DNA of 64,000 nt from an uncultured Verrucomicrobiaceae bacterium. GTDB lineage: Bacteria > Verrucomicrobiota > Verrucomicrobiia > Verrucomicrobiales > Verrucomicrobiaceae. The notes beneath the pieces were generated by a model, which saw only the letters and a program-made list of their open reading frames with translations, was not told where the DNA came from and made no database searches. This document shows positions 36,584-46,059 of this stretch, piece by piece; positions within the stretch are counted from its first letter, which is position 1; the number at the start of each line of letters is the position of its first letter. The stretch covers positions 99,285 through 163,284 of the forward strand of contig CALJZZ010000122.1 in assembly GCA_937983425.1 (NCBI GenBank), written 5' to 3'. The translations under genes and the position numbers were made by a program.

Positions 36584-38271
36584 ATCTCAACCTCGGCATC
36601 GAGTTCAACGACACCATCCAGCGGCTCATCGTCGGCCAGCTGCGCAGCTCCATGGCCGCGCAGGAAGGCGTGAGCGACGAGGCTCTTGTGCGCAAGTCCT
36701 CCAAGACCCGCATTCTCGGCGCCGTGGGCCGCGCATCCGGCCTGCCCGCCTTCCCGCAGGTGCGTGATCTCGTGGACCAGGAGTTCGTCGGCTATTGCGA
36801 CCCCGCCGTGCTTTCCCGAGGAATGTTCGTGCCCCTGCGCCGCAGCCCGAAGCAGATTCTACTCGCTGTGGCCAACCCCTGGGATTACCGCGCCGACGAC
36901 TACTGCGCCGCGAGGTTTCCGGACGACGAGGTTTTAAAAGTCGTCACTCTTGCCTCCGAAGTCTCCTCCGTCATCGAAGGCTCGGCCAGCTCCTCCGGCC
37001 CCAGCCGCGCCGAACTCGAGGCCGTGGAAGTCGAGGAATTCTCCAACGAGTGCCCCGACTTCGATGTCACCCGCCAGCACGAGGAACCCATCGCCCAGCT
37101 CGTCTCCAGCATGGTCTCCGACGCCATCAAGCAGCACGCCTCCGACATCCACATCAAGACCGAGAAGACCCTCTTTCAATATTGCTTCCGCATTGACGGC
37201 GACCTCGGCGCGCGCGTGGACATGCCCATGAAGCTGCGCGACCGCGTGGACGCCTTTATGCTCAACCTCATGCGCCTCGCGCCCGAGGAGCGCAACAAGC
37301 GCCCCGGCATCTCCGGGCGCTTCACCGCCAGCTACTACGGGCGCGCCGTCGGCGTGCGCTACGAGCGCCACCGCACCTACCGCGGCTACCACGTCACCAT
37401 GCGCCTGCTGGACAAGACGCATCTCGAGGCCCGCCTCGGCATGGGCACCCTGGCCTTCGACAAGGAGACGCTCTTCGAACTCGACAAGGCCATGGCCGTG
37501 CCCTCCGGCATCATTGTCATGTCCGGCCCGACAGGCTCCGGCAAATCCACCACGCTCAACGCCATGCTGCGCGAGCTCAACCACCCCGAGGACAACATCC
37601 TCACCCTCGAAAACCCCGTCGAGGATGAGATCCCAGGCGTCACCCATTGCGACCTGCGCAACTCCTCCGAGTTCAAGCCCATGATCTCCAGCTTCATGCG
37701 CTCGGACCCCGACATCATCCTCATGGGCGAGGTGCGCGACTACGAGTCCGCCGAACTCGCCATCGAGGCCGCCATCACCGGCCACAAAGTCCTCACCACC
37801 ATCCACACTCCGCGCGCCTCGCAGATCATCGAGCGCTTCCAGCAGCTCGGCATCGAGCGGTGGAAGATCGCCCAGACTCTCAAAGCCGCCTGCGCCCAGC
37901 GCCTCGTCAAGCTGCTCTGCCCCGCCTGCCGCGAGCGGCGCGACGGCGTCCCCGAGCGCGAGATTCGCCTCTTCCACCTCGACCCCTCGTGGGCCGCGCG
38001 CCCCGTCTTTGTCCACCGCAAAGAGGGCTGCCCCGAATGCAAAGGCCGCGGCTACTCGGGCCGCACCGCCATTCTCGAAATCCTGCCCATCAGCCCGAAA
38101 ATCGGTGACAAGCTGGCCAAAGGCGAGATCACCCCCTTTGAACTGGAGCTGGAAGTGCGCCGGGAAAGCAATCTGCCCTCCCTCCGCGACAACGGCCTCA
38201 AAATCATGGCCGAAGGCAAGACCGACCTCGACGCCCTCAAGAAGGTGCTCGACATGACCTATGACTCGTGA
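36580..38271 (+). CDS. type II/IV secretion ATPase (GspE/PilB family)
   Basis: Walker A GPTGSGKST, Walker B IILMGEVRD, His box GHKVLTTIHT, and tetracysteine CPAC...CPEC. Its own N1E-like domain reads ILLAVANPWD. Confidence 0.92.
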   Translation: MNLNLGIEFNDTIQRLIVGQLRSSMAAQEGVSDEALVRKSSKTRILGAVGRASGLPAFPQVRDLVDQEFVGYCDPAVLSRGMFVPLRRSPKQILLAVANPWDYRADDYCAARFPDDEVLKVVTLASEVSSVIEGSASSSGPSRAELEAVEVEEFSNECPDFDVTRQHEEPIAQLVSSMVSDAIKQHASDIHIKTEKTLFQYCFRIDGDLGARVDMPMKLRDRVDAFMLNLMRLAPEERNKRPGISGRFTASYYGRAVGVRYERHRTYRGYHVTMRLLDKTHLEARLGMGTLAFDKETLFELDKAMAVPSGIIVMSGPTGSGKSTTLNAMLRELNHPEDNILTLENPVEDEIPGVTHCDLRNSSEFKPMISSFMRSDPDIILMGEVRDYESAELAIEAAITGHKVLTTIHTPRASQIIERFQQLGIERWKIAQTLKAACAQRLVKLLCPACRERRDGVPEREIRLFHLDPSWAARPVFVHRKEGCPECKGRGYSGRTAILEILPISPKIGDKLAKGEITPFELELEVRRESNLPSLRDNGLKIMAEGKTDLDALKKVLDMTYDS

Positions 38272-38274
38272 GCC

Positions 38275-39492
38275 ATGAACGCCTTCCAAGTCACCCTCCG
38301 CCACAGCGAGCGCCCGGACCTCTCCAGAGTCCTGGAAATCGAGGCCCCCAACCGCGAGCAGGCTGCCGCGCTCGCCGCCAAACCCGGCTTCCGCGTAGCC
38401 CTCGTCAAGCCGCTCAAAGGCGTGAAAAAAAGCGGCCGCGCCAAAGGCGGCATCCCGCGCAAGGAGCTGATCAAACTTTTCCGCGGCCTTGCCTCGATGC
38501 TCAAGGCCAACATCAGCACCTCCGACGCCCTGCTCTACTACGCACAGGGCCTGCCCGACCCCGCGCTTCAGGCCGCCTTGATGAACATCCGCAACCGGCT
38601 TGAGGCCGGCATCCCCGTCCAGGCCGCCTTCGCCAAGGAGCAGTGCTTCGACAGCACCATCATCACCATCATCGAGGCCGGCTCGGACTCCGGGCAGCTT
38701 GGCGACGCCTTCAGCTCCCTGGCCCGCCGCATCAAGATCGAGATGATGTTCGCCAGCAAGCTGCGCTCCGCCCTGCTTGTGCCCTCCATCATCATCCTCT
38801 TTCAGATCGGCCTCTTCATCTACTCGCAGGTCTATGTCGTCGCCCAGGTCGAGGACACCCTCAAAAGCGTGCGCCAGGAGCCGGACGCGCTCTCCCAGGT
38901 CATCTTTTCCATCAGCCATTTCGTGCAAAAAGTCTGGCCCTTTTTTGTCATCGCACTCACCTCCTTTCTCGTCTCCATCTTCCGCTCCGCCCCCCTGCGC
39001 CAGCGGCTGCTCATCTTCCTCATGGGCCGCTGGACGCTTTTGAAAAAGCTCGTCATGGGCCTGCGCCAGAGCGCGTGGATCGGCACCCTCCAGATGCTCT
39101 ATGCCAACGGCATCAACCTCGCCCGCGCCTCCGCCCTCTCCGCCCGCGTGCTCGCCGGCACGCCCATGTACGAGGATTTCATCAAAGCCTCCACCACCTA
39201 TGAGTCCTCCGGCGTGCCCTTTGCCGAATCACTCAAGCGCCACACCGAACTCGATCCCCAGGTCATCCACATGATCGGCATCGGCGAGCGGTCAGCCTCC
39301 CTGCCCCAGCAGCTCGAGCTCCTGCGGGACATCTACGAGGAGGACACCGCCGCCATCATGTCCGACTTCACCCAAGTCATCAATTTCGTCACCCTCGCCA
39401 TGGCCGTCGTGCTCATCGGCTTCGTCTTCACCGGCTCCATGCTGCCCATCTTCCTCATGGGCCCGCGCATGATGCAGTCCGGCAACATGTGA
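38275..39492 (+). CDS. type II secretion F-family platform protein (GspF/PilC)
   Basis: Two T2SSF repeats (LFRGLASMLKANISTSDAL...; ...LQMLYANGINLARA...) and three TM segments. Confidence 0.88.
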   Translation: MNAFQVTLRHSERPDLSRVLEIEAPNREQAAALAAKPGFRVALVKPLKGVKKSGRAKGGIPRKELIKLFRGLASMLKANISTSDALLYYAQGLPDPALQAALMNIRNRLEAGIPVQAAFAKEQCFDSTIITIIEAGSDSGQLGDAFSSLARRIKIEMMFASKLRSALLVPSIIILFQIGLFIYSQVYVVAQVEDTLKSVRQEPDALSQVIFSISHFVQKVWPFFVIALTSFLVSIFRSAPLRQRLLIFLMGRWTLLKKLVMGLRQSAWIGTLQMLYANGINLARASALSARVLAGTPMYEDFIKASTTYESSGVPFAESLKRHTELDPQVIHMIGIGERSASLPQQLELLRDIYEEDTAAIMSDFTQVINFVTLAMAVVLIGFVFTGSMLPIFLMGPRMMQSGNM

Positions 39493-39504
39493 CCCCTGAA
39501 CCCT

Positions 39505-39921
39505 ATGAAAATGCACATCCTCATCCTCGCACTCGCCGCCTCAGCCGCATGGGCTGACCCGACTCCGCGACTCGTGCCGCGTCCCATCCCCGGCATGGTC
39601 CATGCCCCGCGCCCCGCCAGCACCCAGGTCGTGCGCAGGGACGGCGCGCCGGCAAAAGCCGCCGGTGCCAGCCAAGGCGTGCCTTCCGTTGAAGCGGCGC
39701 GCATCGTCTTCATCCACCGCGCCGCCACCCTGCCACCGGAGTTGCGTCTTGTGGAAAAACCTCGGCGCCCTGAACCCGCCGCCACTGCGATCAAACCCGT
39801 CATTCAGGAACGGCCCGGAAAATTGCGCATCATCCCGCAAAGCGAAGCCGCCGCTCTCGCAGCCCTCGCAGAAAAACCCGCCGCACTCACCGCCCATGAA
39901 CCCTCGCCCGACAAAGACTGA
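39505..39921 (+). CDS. secreted Pro/Ala-rich hypothetical protein
   Basis: Signal peptide MKMHILILALAASAAWA. It lies inside the operon and overlaps the next gene by 26 nt. Confidence 0.5.
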   Translation: MKMHILILALAASAAWADPTPRLVPRPIPGMVHAPRPASTQVVRRDGAPAKAAGASQGVPSVEAARIVFIHRAATLPPELRLVEKPRRPEPAATAIKPVIQERPGKLRIIPQSEAAALAALAEKPAALTAHEPSPDKD

Positions 39922-40306
39922 CTCCACCCGCCGCGGCTACAGCCTCCTTGAGCTCAGCCTCGTCATGGCCCTGCTCCTGGGTCTGAGCACCTTCGCCGGG
40001 CTGACCGTCTCCTCCATCCGCGACTGGCAGCGCGGCAAGGATGCCTCCCTCTCCCTCCAGGCCGTCTTCGCCGCCCAGCGCGCCTGGATGGCCGACCACC
40101 CCACCGGCGACATCGAACTGGTCAGCTCCGCGCAATTGCAGACTTACCTGCCGGAAGGCTGGTATGCCATGCCAGCCTTTGTCAGCCTATCGGGCGAGTC
40201 GCTCACACTCGACTACAATGTCATGCCCCCGCTCCTCTACACCAGCGGCGTCGTTTATGATCCCTCCGGCGCCCCCGATGATGGATTATGGGATGTTGGC
40301 AAATGA
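39896..40306 (+). CDS. prepilin-type N-terminal cleavage/methylation domain protein (minor pseudopilin)
   Basis: ...STRRG|YSLLELSLVMALLLGLSTFAGL (G-1, E+5). Confidence 0.8.
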   Translation: MNPRPTKTDSTRRGYSLLELSLVMALLLGLSTFAGLTVSSIRDWQRGKDASLSLQAVFAAQRAWMADHPTGDIELVSSAQLQTYLPEGWYAMPAFVSLSGESLTLDYNVMPPLLYTSGVVYDPSGAPDDGLWDVGK

Positions 40307-41010
40307 CAGAAACCCGTGATAGTACTCCCATGTCTGAACAACCCGCTCTGACAATCCCCGCCGGCACCCGCTTCGGCTATCGTGAAGGTCCCCTCTGGCA
40401 CCGCAGGCAGCGCTGCCTCGTCGAGACTCCGCAGGATGTAGTCACCGGTCCCGGCCTGCATCTGCTCGTGGCCCCGAATGGCTCCGGAAAAACCACGCTG
40501 CTGCGCACCCTCGCCGGCCTTCTCCCAGCCTTGAGCGGTTCCGTCAACGCCGGCGGGCACGTCTACTACTTCTCCGACGAGTTGCGCGCCGACTCGGAAC
40601 TCAAACCGCGCACACTCTTCCGCTCCCTGCTGAAAAACGGCGCGCTCGCCATGGCCGAGGAGCTGGCCGAAACCCTGCGTCTGGATTTGAACCGGCCCAT
40701 CGGCCAGCTCTCCCGCGGCAACCGCCAGAAAGTGCTGCTCATCCTCGCCGAGGTGAAGGTGGCGCACGAAAACGCGGGCGTGCTGCTCATGGACGAGCCT
40801 CTCACCGGCCTCGACGCCGAGACCCGCGCCCAGATGACCGCGCTCTGGTCCTCCGCACAGACAAAGGCCGTCCGCCTCGTCATCCTCCACGAGTTGGAGT
40901 CCGTGCGCCACGCCGACTCCCTGCTCTCCATCCACGGCGGCAGGCTGGCCCATGCGCGTGAAAAGAGCGGCGCCACCTGGCTCGACACTTACCACTCCCT
41001 CCAGTCATGA
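40303..41010 (+). CDS. ABC transporter ATP-binding protein
   Basis: Walker A APNGSGKTT, signature LSRGNRQKV, Walker B LLMDEPLTGLD. The ATG at 40303 overlaps the pseudopilin stop (ATGA). Confidence 0.88.
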   Translation: MTETRDSTPMSEQPALTIPAGTRFGYREGPLWHRRQRCLVETPQDVVTGPGLHLLVAPNGSGKTTLLRTLAGLLPALSGSVNAGGHVYYFSDELRADSELKPRTLFRSLLKNGALAMAEELAETLRLDLNRPIGQLSRGNRQKVLLILAEVKVAHENAGVLLMDEPLTGLDAETRAQMTALWSSAQTKAVRLVILHELESVRHADSLLSIHGGRLAHAREKSGATWLDTYHSLQS

Positions 41011-41777
41011 AATCCCTCCCCCTCCTCCGCATGAGCCTGGCCGGACTGATGAGCCGCAGCAGTTGCTGGCTGCTGCTCGGCGGCGCGCTCGTCTTCGCAT
41101 GGCTCGCTCCGCTCGTCACACCCTGGCAGGAAAATCCCCAGATCCTCCAGCCCGCGCGCGCCCAGGCCGCGTGGGTCTTCGCCTGGCTCGCCCTCTTCAC
41201 CTGGCTGCCCTTCCAGGCCGCCGCGCTTGGCCGCCGCCTGAGGGTCGAGGGAATGCTGGAGCACCTGCGCTCAGGCGGCCGCCGCGCCTGGAATCTCTGG
41301 CTCCAGCTCGGCTCCGCCGTGCTCCTCTGGATGCTCGCCGTGGCCGTCATCGCCGCGCTTGTCTGTGTCGTCTTCTGCCTGCCTCAGCGCGCGGGCGAAG
41401 GCGCGCTCTGGACGCAGCTCGTCCTGCAATACACAGCCCTTTACTTCATCTGCGCCGCCCCGCTCGTCCTGCTCGCCGCCGCGCTTGGCACTCGCACCGC
41501 CGAGGTCATCGCCTTCCTCGTCCCGGTGGCCCTGCTATTCACCGGCCTCTTTGGCGCCGCCTGGCTCGCACCCATGCTCGGCGGCTCATCCTCCAGCCTC
41601 ATCCAGACGCTCTGGCTCGCCGTGCCGCATTATCATCTGGCGGACCTCACCCCGCGTCTTGTCTTCAAAATGGGACCGCTCCCCTCGGCGGACTTCCTCG
41701 CCACCCTCGGCGGTCTCACCCTCCAGGGCGCGGCTCTTTCCCTCCTCGGACTATGCGCCTTCCGCACACGCTCCTGA
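41007..41777 (+). CDS. ABC-2-type (NosY-like architecture) polytopic membrane permease
   Basis: About six hydrophobic segments. The ATGA overlap with the ATPase gene is at 41007. Confidence 0.6.
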   Translation: MKSLPLLRMSLAGLMSRSSCWLLLGGALVFAWLAPLVTPWQENPQILQPARAQAAWVFAWLALFTWLPFQAAALGRRLRVEGMLEHLRSGGRRAWNLWLQLGSAVLLWMLAVAVIAALVCVVFCLPQRAGEGALWTQLVLQYTALYFICAAPLVLLAAALGTRTAEVIAFLVPVALLFTGLFGAAWLAPMLGGSSSSLIQTLWLAVPHYHLADLTPRLVFKMGPLPSADFLATLGGLTLQGAALSLLGLCAFRTRS

Positions 41778-44317
41778 CGCTCGCCTGTGCTGCGGGACTT
41801 TTTTGGGCGGGTCAGAGCATGACCGGCCCGCGAGCCGCCGTCACAGACATGACCAATCCCCTCGGCCTCGCCGGCAGCGCCTTCGGCAGCCTGGCCGCGC
41901 GCGTCATCCGCGACTCCCTGCACAGCTACTGGCACGGCGGCCAGAGCGCCGCGCAGAGCAGCCATGACAAAACCACGAAGGAACAGGCCAAAACACCAAC
42001 ACCAGAACCGCCCGGCATCTTCGCGCGCCGTTCCAAGCCTGCCCCCCCCGGAGAGAACGTCTCATGGCTCGATAAACAGATCGTCCGCCTCGCCGAACTC
42101 GAGGCGGGACGCACCAAGCGCAACAGCCCCTTTCCCACCTCCGACGCCCACCGCCGCTTTCTCAACGCCTCCGCCAGTTGGCGTCTGCGCATCGCCTACG
42201 AACTCGATCCCGGCGACCCCGTGCTTTACGAGATCCTCCACTACCAGCTCGCCGCCCGCCTGGCCGAAAAACCGGAGACACGCCAGGAGCTCGACGCCCT
42301 CGCAGAGCGCGCCATCACCCACGGCACCGCCCCCATGTCCGGCCTCAATGCCGCCCTCGCCGGAGCCGGAGCCGCCCTCAACCTCCTCAACGACCTCCTC
42401 CGCCCCGGCCAGCCCAAGCGCGACGACGACGCCATCATCCGCCGCTGGGGCCAGCTCGACCGCTGCCTCGCCCGCTACCGCGCCATCCGGCACGACGCCG
42501 TCGAATCCGGCTGGTGGTCCGGCATTCCCGAAGTCCGCCAGCAGGAGCTGGAGCAGCACGCCGCCTTGCTCGGGCGCATCGCCGAAAAAATCCGCCTCCA
42601 GCTCCCCGCCGCCCGTCTCACCGTCCAGATCCAGCACCGCTGGCACGGCGCGCCCCTGCCGCTTGCAAAGCCCGGCCTCCTCAACGCCGCCGGAGACAAG
42701 CTCAGCGTCACCCGCCTCGCCTACCTCCTCTCCAAAGCCATGCTCCGCACCGAAAGCGGCGAGTGGATCAGCGCCGGCGACTGGTTCGCCTTCCTCGACG
42801 TCGAAAAAGACCGCACCCACTTCACCCTGCCACGCGTCCCGCGCGGCAGATACACCGCCCTGCGCTTCGATCTCGGCCTCGACGAGCAGACCGACAAGTC
42901 CGACCCCGCCCGCTGGCCCGCCGGCCATCCCCTGAACCCCGACCTCAACGCCCTGCACTGGAGCTGGAAAGACGGCTACGTCTTCCTCGCCATCGAAGGC
43001 CACTACGAGCGCCCCGGAGAAAACCCCGGCGGCTACTCCTACCACCTCGCCGGCCAGGACTGCGCCGGCACCATCGAGGTCCCCGTCGAGATGGACCTCA
43101 ACGGCGACCTCCGCCTCACCCTCGCCTTCGACACCGAGCGCGTCTTCGCCGCCGCGCACACCATCCGCATTCCCGACTCCGACTCCACCCACTCCCATGA
43201 CGACGGCGGCCTCGCCGCGCGCATGGCTGACAACGCCGTCCAGGCCTTCGCACTCCTCGGCATCCAGCCCGACCTGCAAAACACCGGCCCCGCCGAGCTC
43301 GTCGGCAGCGTCAACGCCCCACCCACCCTCGCCAGCCACGTCCCCCCGCATTTCCCGCTCACCGCCTGGCCGGAGGACAACATCCCCACCCCGGATGGCG
43401 TCAGCCTTGGCCGCCGTCTCTTTGAGGACAAGCACCTTTCCATCAACAACACCCAGTCCTGCTCCTCCTGCCACCACCAGCAGGCCGCCTTCGCCGAACC
43501 GCTCGCCACCAGCACCGGCGCCCAGGGCCAGACCGGCGCGCGCAACGCCATGCCCCTTTTCAATCTCGCATGGAAGCCCTCCTTCTTCTGGGACGGCCGC
43601 TCCCCCACCCTGCGCGACCAGGTCCTCCGCCCCATCCAGGACCCCCTCGAAATGAACGAAACCCTGCCCGGCGTCATCGCCAAGCTGCGCGCCGACCCCG
43701 GCACCCTCGGCGACTTTGAAAAAGCCTTCGGCACCCGCGAGATCACCCCCGAGCGCATCGCCCTCGCCCTCGAGCAATTCCTCCTCACCTTCATCTCCGG
43801 CCAGTCCAGGCTCGATCTCGCACGCGCCGGCAAGGCCGAGCTGACCGAGCAGGAGCAGCACGGCTTCCGGCTCTTCTTCACCGAGTCCGACCCCGCCCGC
43901 GGCATTCGCGGCGCCGACTGCTTCCACTGCCACGGAGGCGCCCATTTCACCAACAACCAGTTCCACAACAACGGTCTCGACCCCGATGACCTCATCCGCG
44001 ACATCGGGCGGGAGAAAGTCACCGGCAAACCCGGGGACAAAGGCAAATTCATGACCCCCTCCCTGCGCAACGCCGCCCTCACCGCGCCCTACATGCACGA
44101 CGGCCGCTTCAAGACTCTGGAGGAAGTCGTGGACCACTACGACCGCGGCATCAAAAGCAGCGGCACGCTGGATCCCAACCTGGCCAAACACCTCACGCAC
44201 GGCGGCCTCGGCCTCACCCCGGAGGAAAAAGCCGCCCTCGTCGCCTTTTTGAAAACCCTCACCGACACCTCCTTCACCGAAAAACCCTCCGTCATGGCCG
44301 GAGTCCGGACACAGTAG
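41753..44317 (+). CDS. fusion protein: N-terminal helical domain + MbnP-like (WxW) domain + MbnH-like di-heme cytochrome c peroxidase/MauG-family domain
   Basis: Signal/anchor MRLPHTLLTLACAAGLFWAG from ATG 41753. The MbnP-like core is RYTALRFDLGLD...NALHWSWKDGYVFLAIEGHY. Two heme motifs are present, CSSCHH and CFHCHGG, together with ...PSLRNAALTAPYMHDG. Confidence 0.75.
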   Translation: MRLPHTLLTLACAAGLFWAGQSMTGPRAAVTDMTNPLGLAGSAFGSLAARVIRDSLHSYWHGGQSAAQSSHDKTTKEQAKTPTPEPPGIFARRSKPAPPGENVSWLDKQIVRLAELEAGRTKRNSPFPTSDAHRRFLNASASWRLRIAYELDPGDPVLYEILHYQLAARLAEKPETRQELDALAERAITHGTAPMSGLNAALAGAGAALNLLNDLLRPGQPKRDDDAIIRRWGQLDRCLARYRAIRHDAVESGWWSGIPEVRQQELEQHAALLGRIAEKIRLQLPAARLTVQIQHRWHGAPLPLAKPGLLNAAGDKLSVTRLAYLLSKAMLRTESGEWISAGDWFAFLDVEKDRTHFTLPRVPRGRYTALRFDLGLDEQTDKSDPARWPAGHPLNPDLNALHWSWKDGYVFLAIEGHYERPGENPGGYSYHLAGQDCAGTIEVPVEMDLNGDLRLTLAFDTERVFAAAHTIRIPDSDSTHSHDDGGLAARMADNAVQAFALLGIQPDLQNTGPAELVGSVNAPPTLASHVPPHFPLTAWPEDNIPTPDGVSLGRRLFEDKHLSINNTQSCSSCHHQQAAFAEPLATSTGAQGQTGARNAMPLFNLAWKPSFFWDGRSPTLRDQVLRPIQDPLEMNETLPGVIAKLRADPGTLGDFEKAFGTREITPERIALALEQFLLTFISGQSRLDLARAGKAELTEQEQHGFRLFFTESDPARGIRGADCFHCHGGAHFTNNQFHNNGLDPDDLIRDIGREKVTGKPGDKGKFMTPSLRNAALTAPYMHDGRFKTLEEVVDHYDRGIKSSGTLDPNLAKHLTHGGLGLTPEEKAALVAFLKTLTDTSFTEKPSVMAGVRTQ

Positions 44318-44466
44318 GCGCGGAGCGAGCCAGGACGCCGGATGGCAGGTTGGAGTCACGGCAAACGCCATGCGGAACTGCGGCGGCATGACCCCGGTTT
44401 TGCGGATCAAGGACGAAATGTCATGCCACTGCGCCGAACACGCCCCTTGAGCGGCAGCGCCGCCGG

Positions 44467-44853
44467 GTGCATCATGGCGGCGTGATTCCGCGCCCGCAGC
44501 AAACCGTGACCAACGCCACCGATACTCCGGTGCTGCCCGCGCGCCCGCGCCAGATGCCCGCGCAGCCGAAGATGCAGCCGGAACTGGAGCCACCGTGGCA
44601 TGTGATCCTGCACGATGACGACACGCACACCTACGAGTACGTCATCGAGATGATGGTGGAAATCTTCGGCTACGATGAGGCTCGCGGATTCAAAATCGCC
44701 TGCGAAGTTGACGAGAGCGGGCGCGTGATCGTCGCCACCTGCCACAAGGAGCTGGCAGAGCTGCGCGTGGAGCAGATCCACGACTACGGCGCCGACCCGC
44801 GCATGAAGCAGAGCACCGGGTCCATGAAGGCCACCATGGAGCCTGCGGAGTAA
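44467..44853 (+). CDS. clpS: ATP-dependent Clp protease adaptor ClpS
   Basis: WHVILHDDDTHTYEYVIEMMVEIFGY...A. The start is uncertain (GTG 44467, ATG 44554 or ATG 44572). Confidence 0.88.
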   Translation: MHHGGVIPRPQQTVTNATDTPVLPARPRQMPAQPKMQPELEPPWHVILHDDDTHTYEYVIEMMVEIFGYDEARGFKIACEVDESGRVIVATCHKELAELRVEQIHDYGADPRMKQSTGSMKATMEPAE

Positions 44854-44870
44854 CCCCGCGCGGGACGGCT

Positions 44871-44905
44871 GAAATTCGAATTTCGAATTTCGAATTTCCG
44901 ATTTC
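44871..44905. repeat. heptanucleotide microsatellite (AATTTCG)x5, last two copies degenerate
   Basis: aaattcg aatttcg aatttcg aatttcc gatttcc, located between clpS and the sugar kinase start (44912). Confidence 0.9.
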
Positions 44906-44911
44906 CTCTCC

Positions 44912-46003
44912 ATGCTCGCTGCCATGCCCACGCCCAACCCGCGATATGATGTCCTCTCCCTTGGCGAAGTCCTGCTGCGTCTCGACCCCGGAGAGGGGCG
45001 TGTGCGCACCTCGCGGCAGTTCACCGCCTGGGAGGGCGGCGGCGAATACAATGTGGCGCGCGGGGCGCGGCGCTGCTTCGGCCTGAACACGGGCATTTTG
45101 ACCGCCTTCGCCGACAATGAGATCGGGCGGCTGCTGGAGGACCTCATCCTCCAGGGCGGAGTGGACACTTCCCTGATCCGCTGGTCGCCCTACGACGGCA
45201 TGGGCAGGCGCGTGCGCAATCCGCTCAACTTCACCGAGCGGGGCTTCGGCGCGCGCGGCGCCAGGGGCAGCGTGGATCGCGGCCACAGCGCGGCCTCCCA
45301 GATCAAGCCGGGGGACTTCGATTTCGACCATCTTTTCGGCGTGCTGGGCTGCCGCTGGCTGCACACGGGCGGCATTTTCGCCGGCCTGTCCGAGTCCACC
45401 GCCCTTGTGACCATCGAGGCCTGCGAGGCGGCGAAACGGCACGGCGTCACCGTCAGCTACGACTTGAACTACCGCCCCAGCCTCTGGCAGGAGCGCGGCG
45501 GCTTTCCCGCCGCGCAGGCGTTGAACCGCCGTCTCGCGCCTTTTGTGGATGTGATGATCGGCGTGCTCTGCGACGAGCCTCCCACGGCCGGGCCACCCAT
45601 CCCCGGCAGCGCGGATCTGTTTGCCGCCGAGGATGCCGCGCTGCGCCCGGCCATGGAGAAGCTAGCCGCCGAGTTCCCGAACCTGCAAACCATCGCCGCC
45701 ACACTGCGCCGCGTGCATACCGCGTCGGTCAACGACTGGGGCGCGCTCTGCTGGCACAAAGGCTCCTTTTACCGCAGCAGGGACTATCCACGGTTCGACA
45801 TCCTGGACCGCATTGGCGCCGGGGACAGCTTTGTGGCCGGCCTCATCGCCGGGTTGTTGAGGGAAAATGACCCGCAAAAGGCTGTGGACTACGGCGCGGC
45901 CCACGGCGCGCTGGCCATGACCACGCCAGGAGACACCAGCATGGCCACCCTGCACGAGGTGGAAAAGCTGGCCTCCGGCGGCGACGCCAAAGTGCAGCGG
46001 TGA
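44912..46003 (+). CDS. PfkB-family sugar kinase (2-keto-3-deoxygluconate kinase-like)
   Basis: YDVLSLGEVLLRLDP, GGGEYNVA, and the C-terminal GAGDSFVAGLIAG. Confidence 0.8.
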   Translation: MLAAMPTPNPRYDVLSLGEVLLRLDPGEGRVRTSRQFTAWEGGGEYNVARGARRCFGLNTGILTAFADNEIGRLLEDLILQGGVDTSLIRWSPYDGMGRRVRNPLNFTERGFGARGARGSVDRGHSAASQIKPGDFDFDHLFGVLGCRWLHTGGIFAGLSESTALVTIEACEAAKRHGVTVSYDLNYRPSLWQERGGFPAAQALNRRLAPFVDVMIGVLCDEPPTAGPPIPGSADLFAAEDAALRPAMEKLAAEFPNLQTIAATLRRVHTASVNDWGALCWHKGSFYRSRDYPRFDILDRIGAGDSFVAGLIAGLLRENDPQKAVDYGAAHGALAMTTPGDTSMATLHEVEKLASGGDAKVQR

Positions 46004-46059
46004 CCCGGGCGGCGCGCGCCATGGGTTGACAGCGGAGGCGCGCGGCGCTTTGCAGTGGC

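Noticed and set aside
36934-38928. 664-aa minus-strand ORF
   Set aside because: It is antisense to the GspE and GspF genes, which have unambiguous Walker and T2SSF motifs. Shadow ORF.
42062-44593. 843-aa minus-strand ORF, together with the 42178-43200 / 41964-42935 plus-strand alternate frames
   Set aside because: These are antisense or out of frame relative to the MbnP/MbnH-like gene with its heme motifs. They are Pro/Arg/Ala-rich low-complexity translations.
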